Source: Lama glama
Taxonomy: Eukaryota
Length of the DNA stretch: 64,000 bases
Reading direction: 5' to 3'
NCBI GenBank assembly: GCA_028534125.1
Contig: CM052817.1
Coordinates: 64,482,001 to 64,546,000, forward strand
Positions within the stretch are counted from its first letter, which is position 1, and the number at the start of each line of letters is the position of its first letter. Positions 25,421 to 39,620 of this stretch are shown piece by piece. Under the pieces are notes generated by a model. It worked only from the letters and a program-made list of their open reading frames with translations. It searched no databases and was not told where the DNA came from. Position numbers and translations under genes: made by a program.

Positions 25421-28400
25421 CAGAGAGGTACAATAGGCAGGGAAAAACATGGATCTGGAGCACAAGAGGAAGGTCATGGTTAAGGACAAAGATTTGGAAG
25501 TCACTGTCACAAAGTGACAGTATGGATAACCTAATAGTGGAGATGGAAAATATGAACAATTCAAGACAGAACCCTTACAAATAGCAACACTTTAAAATAA
25601 GCATGAGGAGATAAATAATTGGTGGTTTCCTGAAAGAAGAAAAAGTGTGTGAAATAGGAACTTGTGATTCCCTTAAATATCATTCTGGCTCAGTTCAAAT
25701 CCCTTATGCTTGGAGAAATGCAGAACACTGAAATATTTAACCATGGTTATTATCTACAGGAAAAAAAGCCCAAATCTGTATGTAATACACTGACAAAGCA
25801 GGGTCACGCTGGGACAAATCTCATGCCTCATGTATCCTGTCAAGTATCCTACACCAAAAACAAATGTCAGGCATCATGTGCAGACCATTCACCCAAAACT
25901 GAGTCAAAGGTTGAAGACAAAAATAAACCCCCATGCCAAATTCTCTTAAAAACAAAACAAATACCAAGGGAAACTGGTTATGACAATATAAAGATGTGTT
26001 TGGGAAATGCTCTCAGTTCAAAAATTAAGAAGTTAAATTCATTACAAGGCTTGAAAGTAGAAAAAGGTCCAATTATCACTATTATTTGATTCAAGCTCTT
26101 CTAATGTTTACAGGTCTAAAACAGAATTACTAGCTTATTGCTTGTCTTTTGCAAAAAGTACAATCTAGCAAATAAACTATTTTACTTGTGCTTCAAACAA
26201 CGTTGGCTCACTAGAAGAAAATAAAACAAAAATCAATCAGAAAAATATCACAAGGACCAAAATTGTAAAACTTGCAAAGTAGAACACAATCACAAGATTG
26301 GTGATAATCCTTGTATGAGGATTAGAATGGTCTGGATATGAAATGGGCAGAGAACAAGGCATGTTTAGTACTGCTGAAGAAAAGCAAATTGTTTTCTTTA
26401 CAAATATGAGAAAAACTACAGTATACAAAGCTAGGACTACAACTCACACTAAGCAACTGTAAGGGCAAAAATTACAGGGAAAGGAAGGAAGGAATATAAG
26501 CAGTCCAATAAGGCATACATTCATAAAATGGATCACTAGACAATTAATAAAAATGCTTTACATGCATTATCACATGTAAAACTGTCCAGGATTATTAAAT
26601 GAGAAAGCAATGCTAGCAAAATTATTTGTGCCCAAAGAAAAGTTACACACATGTGCTCACATATATGGTGTATGCACAGAAAATTTATAGACATTTATAA
26701 GAAATTTGAATGGTACCTTGAAAAAGAAGTGGGATTGAAGGAGGCAGGAAATTGTCACCTTCTACTTTTCTGTAGTGAAAATAAAATACGCACGTGTTAT
26801 GTTTGGTCAAACACTAAAAGAAAAAAATCAGTTATTTGGGAAGGTGACTAATGAGAAAAATCACTATCTATAAAACCACACCAATGCAGACACAATCACA
26901 TTTAAAATGCTTCAACAAACTCAGAAGATACGCTAAATGATAGCGAAACTTTTTTAAAAAGCACAATCTCATAACCAAAAAGAGCCATAGCCACAAAACT
27001 TTACTTGGACAATCATACAGGGTTCAGTTAAATAAAGTAGAAATTAAGTCTTTCAAAATTTGTAATTTACACACAAGGGTTTGGTTGAGTCTTCCCATAG
27101 TGTGATCTGTTCAGACTCAATGTTGAAAAAACTGGACGGGTCTTCAGAGCAAACATTTCATATTTACCTCTAGACTACTAATCCCCAGTGATTCTATTTC
27201 AATAACACAAACTTTTGTAGAACCTTGTGGAGAGATTTATTTATTTTGAATAGATGTCTCCTTTCAAAAGTTTAGAGCAGAGACCAGTCTGTTTTGTTTT
27301 CTGCTGTACACTCAACACCTAAAAGACAGTAAATAGAGGTATTCAATATACATACATATTTTGGAGGAAAGGTAGGGACATAACTTCTGCGCATAACTGT
27401 AAGGAATTACAAATTCTGAAGCAAAAGAAAAGGGGGCAAGATTAAAATGTAAAAATTAGTTCCTCTGGATTGTAAGACACACCACATGTGATCATATGCC
27501 CACAATTTCATTTTTTTTTTAACTTCTAGCAGTGGAAGAAATAATCACAAGAAAATTAAAGTCGAAAACTAAACAAAGTACTAGAAGGCTACCTAATGTC
27601 TACTTTGAAACTCACAGCAAGCAAGATACTAAAAAGCATTCTTGCAGGATACTACAGTATGGCTGAAATTCTGACACCAAGTCCATTACCTGTGAGATGA
27701 GTGAGAGATAATATACTTGATTGTTTTGGGGACTGATGGGCAAATGAGCTGGTCTTGGCTACTCAGGATAACAACCTAAAAGTAGTGTCTCTCAAACTGT
27801 ATGTGAAGGACCAGTTTTGAACCCTAAACTGCATCCCTGTCACAACTATACTTTTATAAAATATATTTTAAAAAATCAGTTACTAGAGAAATGATCACAT
27901 ACTTTAAAGCCACAGCTGTATGAAATTTCTGTAGACGTTTCCAGACACTCTGAATTTCTATACTGGTCTACTGAGACACTGGATAGTACTGACCTAGGGT
28001 TTTTCTTTTTTCTTAATGTCAACCTGACCCAAAATCTTGTATTTGTCTAGAGGGTCTAATTCTGAGTGAGAAAATTCAGCTGTTTTTCTCCTCTACTCAG
28101 TAATGAAGAAAATCCGTAACAATTAGAGAAAAAGTAGCACAGAGACTTGGCATTAACTTGTTTTAATTTTAAAATGTAAAACATCACATTATCACACTGC
28201 CTTAGTAAATTAAAATTATCCTTTGAATGAAAACTTCAGAATTTAAGAATCTCAACTCCTATCAACTTGAAAATTTTGCTTTATTTTGCCATTTATCTTA
28301 GAAGATAACAGGATGTAGACACTTAAAACTGTATATGAAAATATTCACTTAATCTATTGCAACTCTAAACTCCTGTACCTTTATCGCTATGTTCTCAAAA

Positions 28401-29544
28401 CTCCCAAATGATTAGTTGATTGCTAACACAGTGAGCCGAGAGGGACTCTCTCCATCTCTTTTAAGTTTTACTACCAAAGGAAATAAAATAAAACATTCTG
28501 ACCTATAAACTGACTACAATCTAGTGTAATTTACTATAGCCTATCAGAGAGGCTCTGCACTACTGAGAGAGTATGTGATTACAGGGTCTCTCAAACCAAA
28601 ATTACCAGGACTCAAATCCACACTAACTGACTTAAATCCACACTGCTTCTGTATCTTCATCTATAAAACAGAGAAAACAGCACCTACATCAAAGGACTAT
28701 TGTGCAGGTTAAAGTGCATGTAAAGTGCCTAGAATACTGCCTGGCATGTAACGAGTACTATGTAAGGATTTTAATTTGACTCTTACATACTATCCCTCAA
28801 ATCCTTCTGTAGAATTGGTATTAACAATTAAATTGGTTAAATGAAATATGGCACATCCCTACAGTGAACTACTATTCATCTGTTAAAGATTATTTTAATT
28901 CTCTATTATGAAAATATATTTATTTATAATATCCTGTTGGACAGACAGGAAAAAGTAACTGAGAAAATCATGTACAGTCTAATCTTATACTTAGAAAAGA
29001 TTCTAATAAAGTTGGAAAATTTGCAAGTCACTATGATACTCAACTGGCATTTGCCAAAAGTGACTCAGAATCATTCCTTCCTACCCATACTGGGAGAAAG
29101 ACTTAAAATAAAATTATTATTCTAAGATGGTAATGATAAGGATAACCAAATGCTATAAATTAGGACTTTTCCAAAAAAATTTAGAACTGCGTACATTTAA
29201 TGCGTTATTCCTCCTCTACCTCCAAAGTTGATACTTCCTAAAATGGACTGCCTCTTAGAATTAAGGAAATAAAGCATTAAAGCATTAATTTCTGATATAT
29301 TCCTCCAATGCCACCCATTGCTAACACACCACCATCACTGTCACTTTTAAGCAAGCTCTTGAAGTGCTCACAACATTATCAACAAAGACAATAAATCACC
29401 TTAACCAATCACCCAAGGTACAGTATATTAAGATTATAAATACAAAAGATTCACTATTTCTAGAACACTGAACAAGAGGTGTTTGTGGTATTTAGAGTAC
29501 TCAGATGGTAACTTGTGGTACCCTTTACACTGTTATAAATTCTT

Positions 29545-31307
29545 CAGTGAAATCAATACAATTTCATGTTTACTTTATATAGGATTTTTGTCAAGCTTAT
29601 CAGTTTTTAAATGACTGATTCATAATCACCACCTAAAGACAAAACAACTTCTCAACTAATGGTTTTCATCCTACCTACAGTTCAGCTTACCCTTTTGTCT
29701 GATATAGCCGATTTTATTTCACAGGATCTGAAATATACAATTATGTATTACAAACTGTTTTCAAGTGTGCTTTCAAATGAAACCTACAAAGAGTAGATCA
29801 AATTTTTAAGTTTACATAAAACCATACTATACCAATTTATTATAAATACAAGTCTTCATACCTGTTTATTCCATTCTATTTAGACAGCAACACTAACAAA
29901 ATTCTTAATGCATACACCCCCACCACTTGTACTCTTTCTTTATGCTATCATTTTGACACTTAACAAAAGGACATTGCAATTCAGCAACCAAGTTTTACAA
30001 CTACAATTCCTATCAATCAAATGGTGATGCACTAAGGTCGCAATTTTCATGAGTTTTTTAACATATTAAGAGTATATTATTCACCTAACACTGAAGGACC
30101 ATGCCTTACTTTATAAAAAAATAAAGATAGCCACATCAATTTAATTTCATATATATGATTCTACCTATTCAATTTATTAAAAATTGAAATAAACATAATA
30201 AACTAATGCTCCAAAACTTATACTATTCATATGGAAGACACTACAAGAGAAGACACAATAGAGACTGCCCTGCAATAAGAAGTACAAATTCCTTCTACAG
30301 AGATGGAGAAATAAAAGGACAAATCTAGTTGTCTAAAAGACAATTCACTGTACACATTTTATTTACAGTTTTGTACACTGTCTTAATATGAATGGGACCG
30401 CTTTCCTACTTGAGCCATTTTTTTTAACCAAAGCAAAATAACCTAAGTAATACAAAGTGTTAAAATACAGCATAAAGATACAAAAACAGACATACTAAGT
30501 CTAATTAGGAATGTAATTATGATGTTACATTTTTTATAATCCACAATTATGTTTAGGAAATCACACAAACATAGATCACTGATTTGAATGAAATGCATAA
30601 ATTTGTAGCAAAGCTTTGTAGTTACAAAAAACAAAAATATTACCAAAGAATGCACAAAATTAATGTTTATTCCACCTTTGTGTCATATTCCTGGATCCTT
30701 CACCAATGTTACATGAGGAAAAAAACAAAAGCAAAACAAATGAAAAACTGAAATCAGAATCACTAATGTTATCAAGTAGGGAAACAAATAAATTAAAATC
30801 TAGCAGCCATCAGCAAGAGTACAGCACAGACAATGCTGTAAAAAGAAACAAAGAAAATTGCTAGAAAACTGTATGCATCATACTCTTTCAAACCAGCAAA
30901 ATATGCTCCTGTGTACAATGGAACATAAACAGAATCTTTCTCCTGTACGATATAGAAATGCAAATTCTTTTTTTAATATTGTGGGTGGGTCAAATGTGTT
31001 TGTAATGGTTAATTATACTAAGCTATTACAGAGTGAGCCAGGAACACATTTATGGATTGTGGGGACGATGTGTACTGTAATTCTTTGATTGGGATAGTGG
31101 ACACTCTAGACCAAAAAAAAAAAAAAAAAAAAATGAACACAGAAGTACAAGACAAAGGCGAATGAGACTTCTCTTATATCTTAGCAACATTTAGATGGAA
31201 ATCAAATTTAAATGCAGTCCACTCTGCTTTTGAAGAGGCTTTGGTTCAGCTCCCAAATCTCGATTGCTTGACGCAGTCTCCTATGAGAATACTCAGAAGG
31301 TGTCTTC
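29545..31307 (-). other. EIF4E: EIF4E 3' UTR with several poly(A) signals and AU/U-rich elements (distal end approximate)
   Basis: AT-rich tract after the stop codon with no recognisable interspersed repeat. Minus-strand AATAAA at 30666-30671, 30358-30363, 30173-30178, 29865-29870 and 29836-29841; AGTAAA/TATAAA at 29569-29579; U21 run at 31113-31133. Confidence 0.75.
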
Positions 31308-31422
31308 TTAAACAACAAACCTATTTTTAGTGGTGGAGCCGCTCTTAGTAGCTGTGTCTGCATGGGACTGATAACCAATCACTATCTTTGGAGGAAGTCC
31401 TAACCTTTCCTTGTATACCCTC
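31308..31422 (-). CDS. EIF4E: eIF4E last coding exon (RVYKERLGLPPKIVIGYQSHADTATKSGSTTKNRFVV*)
   Basis: ttttag|GAGGGTATAC...GTTGTTTAA; 115 nt including TAA. Contains the MNK site S209. Adding a 107-nt exon 2 gives 654 nt (217 aa). Confidence 0.97.
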
Positions 31423-33109
31423 CTAAAAGAAAAGAAAGAAAAGGAGCCATTAATTTTTATTTAAACACACATCCACCAAATTCAGTATTTTTATTCTTTA
31501 TTTAAAAAAATAGTACCTAGAAATAGGAAATTGCACACCCTTTTCCTTTTAGCAAAATGTACTCTTCATTTTAACAACAATCTTAGTTTCTCACTTAACT
31601 AATATTTGAGAATCAGGTACTGTGATAATCATTAATAAACTAATACTAAAGAAAGCAGGGACAGCCCATGGGCTCATGGTGTTTATAGTTTAGAATATTA
31701 GATTATTCACAAACAATCACAAATACATATGGTGGAGCTGTATCACATGTATAATTAATTTACACAAAATCAATTACATACACGTCTATTTTAACTTTCT
31801 GATCTAAAATGTTTCAATTATATTTTATAGATAAACCTTAGTAAATATTGTCTATTATTGCACAATCATATTTACTGATTAAGTATAAGTGAAGGTAATA
31901 AATACATTGTATCCTAATGTAAATCTGATAATAGTTATAATTTTAGTTATGATAAAATTATTTTTAGATACTTTTATTTGAGGTGAAGGTAGTGAAATCT
32001 TCTGGAGCACGGAGTATGAATGAATTGCCTTAGTATTATACTGGAGAATCTAGCTCCATGAAAATGTGTATCCCATTAGTTTTATTTCCTTTTGGTGCTT
32101 ATTTTTAAAATTTTGCTCTTTTTTTCTCAGATACCAGATTCCTAACTTAACCTGTGATGTTCTCTGATGTCCCCAATTTTACCTTGTCAGCCTATCTTTC
32201 ATATTCACTTTCTGTGAAAAACTGAACTCAAATGTTTTATGAGATTTCAAAAACTTTTAATATTGAGACAAAAAATTTCCAGAGGAAAGAAATTCATACT
32301 TAATCTCTTTAACCCACTTTCAAAGAAATATGAAACCTGCACAATTTAAAGTTTTGATGCTGACAAATTAGGAACATGATGACAAATCAATCAACTTCCT
32401 CTTATAGAAACTCTCTGGAGAATGAAACTTCGAAAATCCCCATACCTTTTAATCCAGAAAGGGATTATGTTCATAGCAGAATTCATAATGTTCGAAAAAT
32501 CAACATACAAAGGAACAAACCAAACATATTGTGGCCTATGACCAGCATTTAATTTTAACATAAAATTTGAAGTTTAATTTTACTAATTTAAGTAATAAAA
32601 AGAAAATCCTAGCTAACACTGACTGACGTGCGGGGGGGATAAAACACAGGCCATTTTTGTAATTATAATATTTATCAAAATAAGTTAAAAAAAACTTAAA
32701 CATGTGGGTTTTAAATATGAACAAAGTATTACCACTTAAATTTCAATGAAAATTTTATGTATAGTGTGCACATATGCACAAAATATACAAATACTATTCA
32801 CCAAATTATTGAGTATTACATGTTAGCACTATGATTTTAAAGTAGATAAGACATATTCTCAATTAATAAATAACAAAATGCTACATGCCAGTGAGTGTCT
32901 GGTGAGTATATACTCCATTGCTAGAAAAAAGAAATTTTATGGACGTGAAAAAAACATGATCAAGACACTGAATATCAATAGCAGTTCAAGATTATATGTG
33001 TCCGTGAAAACAAGGAAAATAATGATCTAATTTATGATCTTGATCCTTTTATTGAAAAAGTACTTCTGCTTTTAGTTACCTATTTTAAAAATACAAGCAG
33101 CAAACTTAC

Positions 33110-33249
33110 CCTATATGTGTAACAGCTTCTCTGTTCTCACATTCAGTAGTCCATATTGCTATCTTATCACCTTTAGCTCTAACATTAACAACAGCTCCAC
33201 ATACATCATCACTGTAGTCATCAAAAGATTCTCCAATAAGGCACAGCAG
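33110..33249 (-). CDS. EIF4E: eIF4E coding exon 6 (LLCLIGESFDDYSDDVCGAVVNVRAKGDKIAIWTTECENREAVTHI(G))
   Basis: ttttaag|CTGCTGTGC...CATATAGG|gtaagt; 140 nt. Confidence 0.97.
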
Positions 33250-35145
33250 CTTAAAAGAAAAACCCAATCCCAAATTACATTCAGTAGATTATAAACAGCT
33301 TATTAAACTGCAGATGTCTCTTATATTTATATATATATACAAAACTAAAAAAGTTTTAAAATCAAAAGCTGACTTTTTAAAATTGTAACTTTATGAAAAA
33401 ATCTGAGCCAGTATATGAAAAGCATGCAGGGATTAATGATAAAGTCTATGAGTAAGAGAGGAGATAAGAAAGTGGTAGTCATGGAGATTTGCATGGCCAG
33501 AGCAGGTATCTCTCCAGTCTTCAGGATGCTAATCTTCAGCTTCTACAGTTTTCTTTTGAATATTGTTCTGTTGGGTCTTATTTTCTGTAGATAATCTAAA
33601 TCAACATTATGCTGTATACATTATCTAAATACTCAACAAGGCTGATTGCTCAGTGTGCATGCATTCACTGCCCTCTGTTATTTCTAAATTATGCTGAGGG
33701 AAATCTCAAATGTTGTCTTTGTTGAATGTATTATCTAGACAGGTAAACCCCAAACATGAATTTAAATTCTTCGAAGGCTCCAGGTGAACAACTAACCACT
33801 AGTGTTTTAGAGTACAGCTGAAAATAAAGTGACTTGCTGTTGATTATTACTATGATACGGTAAGTCTGTTGCTAGTACTGTGTTCCTCTCATGGCTTTAG
33901 ATATCCTCATCCTTTATCACTTATTTTTTTGGCTAACAGAACAATGGTTTACTATTACAAAATTTCACTGTTTATTTTCAATAAACAAAAACCATGTTTT
34001 GACATAAAAATGTTTCAAAGCAGATGCTGGATAGATTTTTAAGTTGATATTTTAAATGTCTAAATTACATTTATATATATATATACAGTTCTTTGTGTTG
34101 GCTTTTTAAAAGTTCACTTGTTATTTCTCTGTTTAATATCAAGAACATTTACAGTTGTGTTAATTGTTTCAGCAAATTGAGCGAATAATGTCAAGGCACA
34201 TAAAAGGTGATTTATTTTATTAATACTCATTTGTTCTGCTGCTTATACCTGCCAGCAAACAAACATTAATGGAATAACTGAGATAGCTGTTCATAGTAGA
34301 TTAACTGTCTCTTGTTCTTGATAACTTTCATCAACACTTTCTAATGTGTTCTTTTTAATTGTGGTAAATATACAACATAAATTTTACCATGTTAACCATT
34401 TTTAAGTGTACTGTTCAATGGTATTCAGTATATTCACATTATACCACCACCCTACCCATCTCAAGAAACGTCACCTTACAAAACTGCAATGACTTTTTAA
34501 TGTGGAATTCTAAAATGATATTTACTGATAACCTTTCCCCAAAGCAAAAACAAGTTTCTTGTGTTAAAAAGTCATTCATTTGAATATTTATTACTGATTA
34601 ACTTAATAAGTGCTAACTATAACCAGATAATGTGCCAAGTGGTAGGGATACAAAAGAGACTATAACCCCAGCTCCTAAAAACTTGGGGTTTAAAACCTCT
34701 TATTAGAGAAAATGCCTATTAACTCATAATAAATGTTGTATGAAGCCAAAAGGTCCAACTTGTATCACAACATATAAGCTGAATGATATACCAAGCTACA
34801 ATTTCACTGTTTGCTTCATTGATCTAAAAAGTTTGGTATACAAAGCAATAGTTTAAGAGAATTGTAAAAACTTACATCATAAAATATGAGAGGTTCTATA
34901 ATTTTGAAATTAATGAAATGACCTGGATGAGCTTATTGTATAAGGTGAGTCCACTGCCAATCACTTTATGGATTTGTACTGTGGTGGAGGGTAAAATGTA
35001 AATAAGATTCACATGACAGAACAAAATTAAGTGCTGGCTTACATTTCTAGAGTGGGCATCCTTATTTCCTCCTTGATTAAGTAACATAAATAATGTCAAT
35101 TAAGTTTCAGTACTCAAGAACAGCTTTATCATTTTAAAACCTTAC

Positions 35146-35259
35146 TGTCTCTAGCCAAAAGCGATCCAGGTCACTTCGTCTCTGCTGTTTGTTCAGTGTA
35201 ATTAGCCATCGTCCTCCACGTTTGTTTTTCTCATCTTCCCACATAGGCTCAATACCATC
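35146..35259 (-). CDS. EIF4E: eIF4E coding exon 5 (DGIEPMWEDEKNKRGGRWLITLNKQQRRSDLDRFWLET)
   Basis: ttgtag|GATGGTATT...CTAGAGACA|gtaagg; 114 nt. Contains cap-binding W102 and E103. Confidence 0.97.
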
Positions 35260-35969
35260 CTACAAGGTTAGGAGACAACACTATTAGATTGTTACATTAT
35301 TGTTATGTTAACTTAAGACATCATCACTGGAAACAGCAAACCACAACGCTGTTAAGCTTTTTACTTTATTCCCATAAAACCATTACTGATGTAGTGGGGA
35401 AAAAAAACACATGAGACTTAAAGCCAGAGGCATGTGATTGCAGAATTAGATCCCTGACCTGGGCACTTATTAGCTATCAAACCTTGGGTTTCACTTAATT
35501 TGGAGGCTCTAAAACATTCTGAGTAACACCTTTGAGAAGCTATATGCATTTCTATGCCTAGAAAATATATATAGGAATTATGCAATTTCAGAGAGCTAAT
35601 GAATATACCACCCACTGCCACCTTACAAAACTCACTTACAAATATCTCAGGGACTCACATTACCTCAGGTTAAGAATTCCTGGCAAACTCTGAACTTCAG
35701 TCTACTTAAATACATAAAGAATAGACTGCACTGTAGGACCAAAGCTCTCTCCAAATCAATCATACTATGTGCCCATCAAATAAGACTCTCAATTTTAATT
35801 GTTTATACAAAAATAGGGCAAAATATATTTATGCTAAAGCCTGGTAACACTAATTTAATTATTCTCCAAGCATCAGAGCATTAACTATTCTTAAGTTTAT
35901 GGCAAGATTTTTTAATGACTACCTGAATGGTTGAGTCTTACACTAAATACATGAAATTAACAAGCATAC

Positions 35970-36033
35970 CTTAAAAAGTGAGTAGTCACAGCCAGGCATT
36001 AAATTACTAGACAACTGGATATGGTTGTACAGA
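35970..36033 (-). CDS. EIF4E: eIF4E coding exon 4 (LYNHIQLSSNLMPGCDYSLFK)
   Basis: cctag|TCTGTACAAC...TTTTTAAG|gtatgc; 64 nt. Confidence 0.97.
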
Positions 36034-38099
36034 CTAGGTAAAAGAAAAGGACAATTATAAACAGAATATGTAATGCGGAGTTTAGGTGCTTATATGTACA
36101 TTCACAGAATAAGATAAAAATAAGATAAAAGCTCATGTTTACTTTTTTTCTATGCAATCAAGCTCTGAAGTGGACCAAATAGATTTTAATAATAGTCAGC
36201 TTTAAGAATCAACATATGATGATTTTAAAGAAAGTATTTTTAATAATTTTATTCTAATAAAAACATTTTGATGCATCAGTTAACTTAATACATACATATA
36301 TAAACACAAAAAACTGAGAATAGACGTGTGAGGTGGCTTTAAGTAGATGAAAGAATTCGTGAAGCTCATGAGCAGATGTAAACACACAAAAAAGAAAAAA
36401 TCAAGAGAAAGCAAGACAAACTTCCTGACCATCAGGATTGCAGGAGTGAAATAAACCAACATTATTATCCTTGAAAATAACCAAGAGTAGAACAGACCAA
36501 CGGTTCCCCACTCAACCACCACAGACCATTACCAATCAGCCAGCATAATAATCTTTTGGGGAACTTAAAAAACACACACACACACACCCCCCAGTTTCAT
36601 GCTCTTCTCCTTGGGATTTTAATTCCTTAAATATAGGGGGGAAGCATAGAATCTGTGTTTCTAAATTATTTCCCAAATAGCAATGTAACAGATTAACATT
36701 TAGGATGACTAGATTTCACTAGCCTGAAAGGAGAAGGCTAGATCGTAAGATCTCCCGACAGCAAAACTGTTATAAAACTGACAACAGAGTCAATGTCTCC
36801 TACGTCAGATACAAAAGTGATGATCTTAGCTATATGACTACAGACCATGAATGATGCTATTATCCTTAGTAAGATTCTCTTGGTGTAATTTTAAGCCAGT
36901 TTACGAATATTTCAAGTAGGGTTTTAAGAGTCTGGCATCCTTTGGCTCACACTCCACAGTGTAAAAACTCAAACCCAATTTGGGTGAGACAGCATAGGTC
37001 TGTTGGGTTGTTTTTTTTTAATGGTAACTCTTCCCAAACTACATTATCACTGACAGCTTCACTAGGCAAAAAAGAGACCTCGATACTAACTAAAGAATTA
37101 CCACCACCACTTTTATAAAATTAATGGATAGTGTGGAAGTGACCTCCTTCAATGGCATTCAAGGTAGAAAAGATCAGTTTCTTTCTGCTGCCTCCTTTCT
37201 CCTTCATCATTCTGTAAGGTCACTTAGTAAGTTTACATACAGTGTGTATAATGGCACTTTTATTAAACAGAATTTTAACATTACATACTGGATACATTCA
37301 AAATAAAAACCCTAACTGGTTGTTTACCACTAAATTTGCCCCCCAAAAGTGAGAAATTAAGAAGTGACTTAGATATTTATAGAAAGCTGGTGGATTTACT
37401 TCTAAATTATGGTGTAAAAATCCACCAAGCTATGATATTGCTTACATACAACTAAAGTGTGGAGCCATGTTCTAATTAGACACCTACTTAAAATCACAAT
37501 TATGTAAACTGGTGAAAGCCAAACAACTTTTTAACTTCTTTCTAACTCTGAAACAAAATCTCAAAAATATTTCAACTATTTTTCTTGAAGTTGATCACAA
37601 AGTATATTGGTATTAATAAACTATCATTGCAGATACTGTCACATTCTTTAACAAACGCTGAATTTTACGCAGTTCAGCCTTTGAAATCTCAGAATCCCTA
37701 TCACAAGAAATCTAGATGTTACACACTGAAAAGAATTTGCAGAAATAGAGATCTAACAAAGCTCTGGAAAATCCAACTATGGGACAAATACATCTGAGCA
37801 CCCAAGAAAGAGGATAAGCTCCAGCAATTTGTCAAAACTTCTAGGGACAATAAAAAAATCTCAATGAAGGATATCTCAGAACAAGGAAGAGAGAATAGGC
37901 AGAGCTGAAAGATGACAAGACAGAAGCTTTCAAAAACTGATGAGGAATAATCACCAGTTCAAACAGTTGTGAGGAGACAGATAAACAAAAAGGTGAATAT
38001 TAACTATTCACCTTACCCTTCACTTTGTGGCTGAAACATAAAATGAAAAATTACAAAATGAATAAAACAACAATCATAAAATACAAAATGGTTACTTAC

Positions 38100-38195
38100 G
38101 CCCAAAAGTCTTCAACAGTATCAAACTTAGAGATCAGCCGAAGGTTTGCTTGCCAAGTTTTGCTTTTATCATTTTTAAAAAACCAGAGTGCCCAT
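38100..38195 (-). CDS. EIF4E: eIF4E coding exon 3 ((R)WALWFFKNDKSKTWQANLRLISKFDTVEDFW(A))
   Basis: ttttag|ATGGGCACTC...TTTTGGGC|gtaagt; 96 nt. Contains cap-stacking W56 and dorsal W73. Confidence 0.97.
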
Positions 38196-38224
38196 CTAAA
38201 AACAGAAAGTGTCATCAACAACAA

Positions 38225-38690
38225 CAAAAGGGTAGTTTTCATCCATGCTAAAAGCAGTATTACTCAAAAAAGCCAAAGAGGGAAGTAACCCAAGTGTCCA
38301 CTGACAGGTGAACAGATGAACCAAATTAACAAAATGTGGTGTGGAATATACAATAGAATATTAAAGAGCTCTAAAAAGGTAAGAACGTGAAATAAGCCAA
38401 ACAAAAAAGACAAATGCTGTATAATTCCACTTATATGAGGTACCTAGAGTAGTCAGATTCAAAGAGAGAAAGTAGGGTGGTTGCCAGGGGCTAAAAGGGA
38501 AGGGGAATGGAGAGTTGTTGTTTAATGAGTATAGAGTCCAAGTTTTCCTGCAAAATAAGAGTTCTGGAGACTGTTTGCACAACAATGTGGATATACTTCA
38601 TACTACTGAACTATACATTCAAAAAATGGTTAGGATGGTAAATTTTATGTTATGTGTTTCACCACAACTGAAAATAAGTTAATTAAAATT
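38225..38690 (+). mobile_element. L1MB-like 3' end in EIF4E intron 2 (antisense to the gene)
   Basis: aacccaagtgtccactgac...ccacttatatgaggtacctagagtagtca...ggtaaattttatgttatgt. Confidence 0.85.
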
Positions 38691-39620
38691 TTATTTATAG
38701 TAGCAAATAATGAGTAATTTTCTCTATTTCTTTCATTTTAAAAGTATGGATTTTGTACCTACTATGTAACAGATTCTCTGCTATCCTTAAGAGATCCACT
38801 TAGGCTCATTCCAAAAGGGATTCAAAGAAATGTTGTAGAGAGACAATTATAGTGTTCTAAGTGCTATGACAAAGATAATTAAGCACAAGTCACCTAAAAA
38901 AATAAAGCAGGAACACTTAACTGGAAAAGAAAGTAGGGAACAGGAAAGTTGAATTTACAGAAAAACAAGAGGAGAGAAATCAGAGTGCTAGGAATAGGGG
39001 ACACAAACACACAAATGGGAGAAAAATAACAAAATAAAAGACCTGATTGAGTAATGCTACTACAGATACTCTAAAATAACATATTACTAGTTTCTATATA
39101 TATCTGTATACATTTTTGCTGAAAAAAGATCAATTCTAATACTTTGAAGATAAACTCACGTCACATCAAAGTTACATTTAAATGTTATCCCAACGATTCA
39201 TCTTCAGTAAAATTGTATTTTCTGAATTAAAGGGAATCTCATTTACCCACTGATAAAAATGTTGCCTGAAGACAGGTTTCCAAATGGACATATATTTCAT
39301 AACTTCATGATTAATGCTTGCTAATCTCAGACATAAAAATGAGATGCATTTCAACACCTACTTAAAAAAACTATAATCTATTTGCTAACCAGTATCGGGG
39401 GAAAAAAAGCAAAGGCAGAAAAACTATTACACACCCACAGACAACGTCAAGAACTGTAATCTGTAACTCTAAAAATTGAGTCTTTCCTCAGAAAATTAAA
39501 AAAAGAACTACAATTTGACCCAGCAATTTCAGTTCTAGGCATTTACCTGAAGAAAACAAACAAGAACTTTAAAAAATATATGCATCCTATGTTTACTGCA
39601 GATTTACAGTAGCCAAGACA

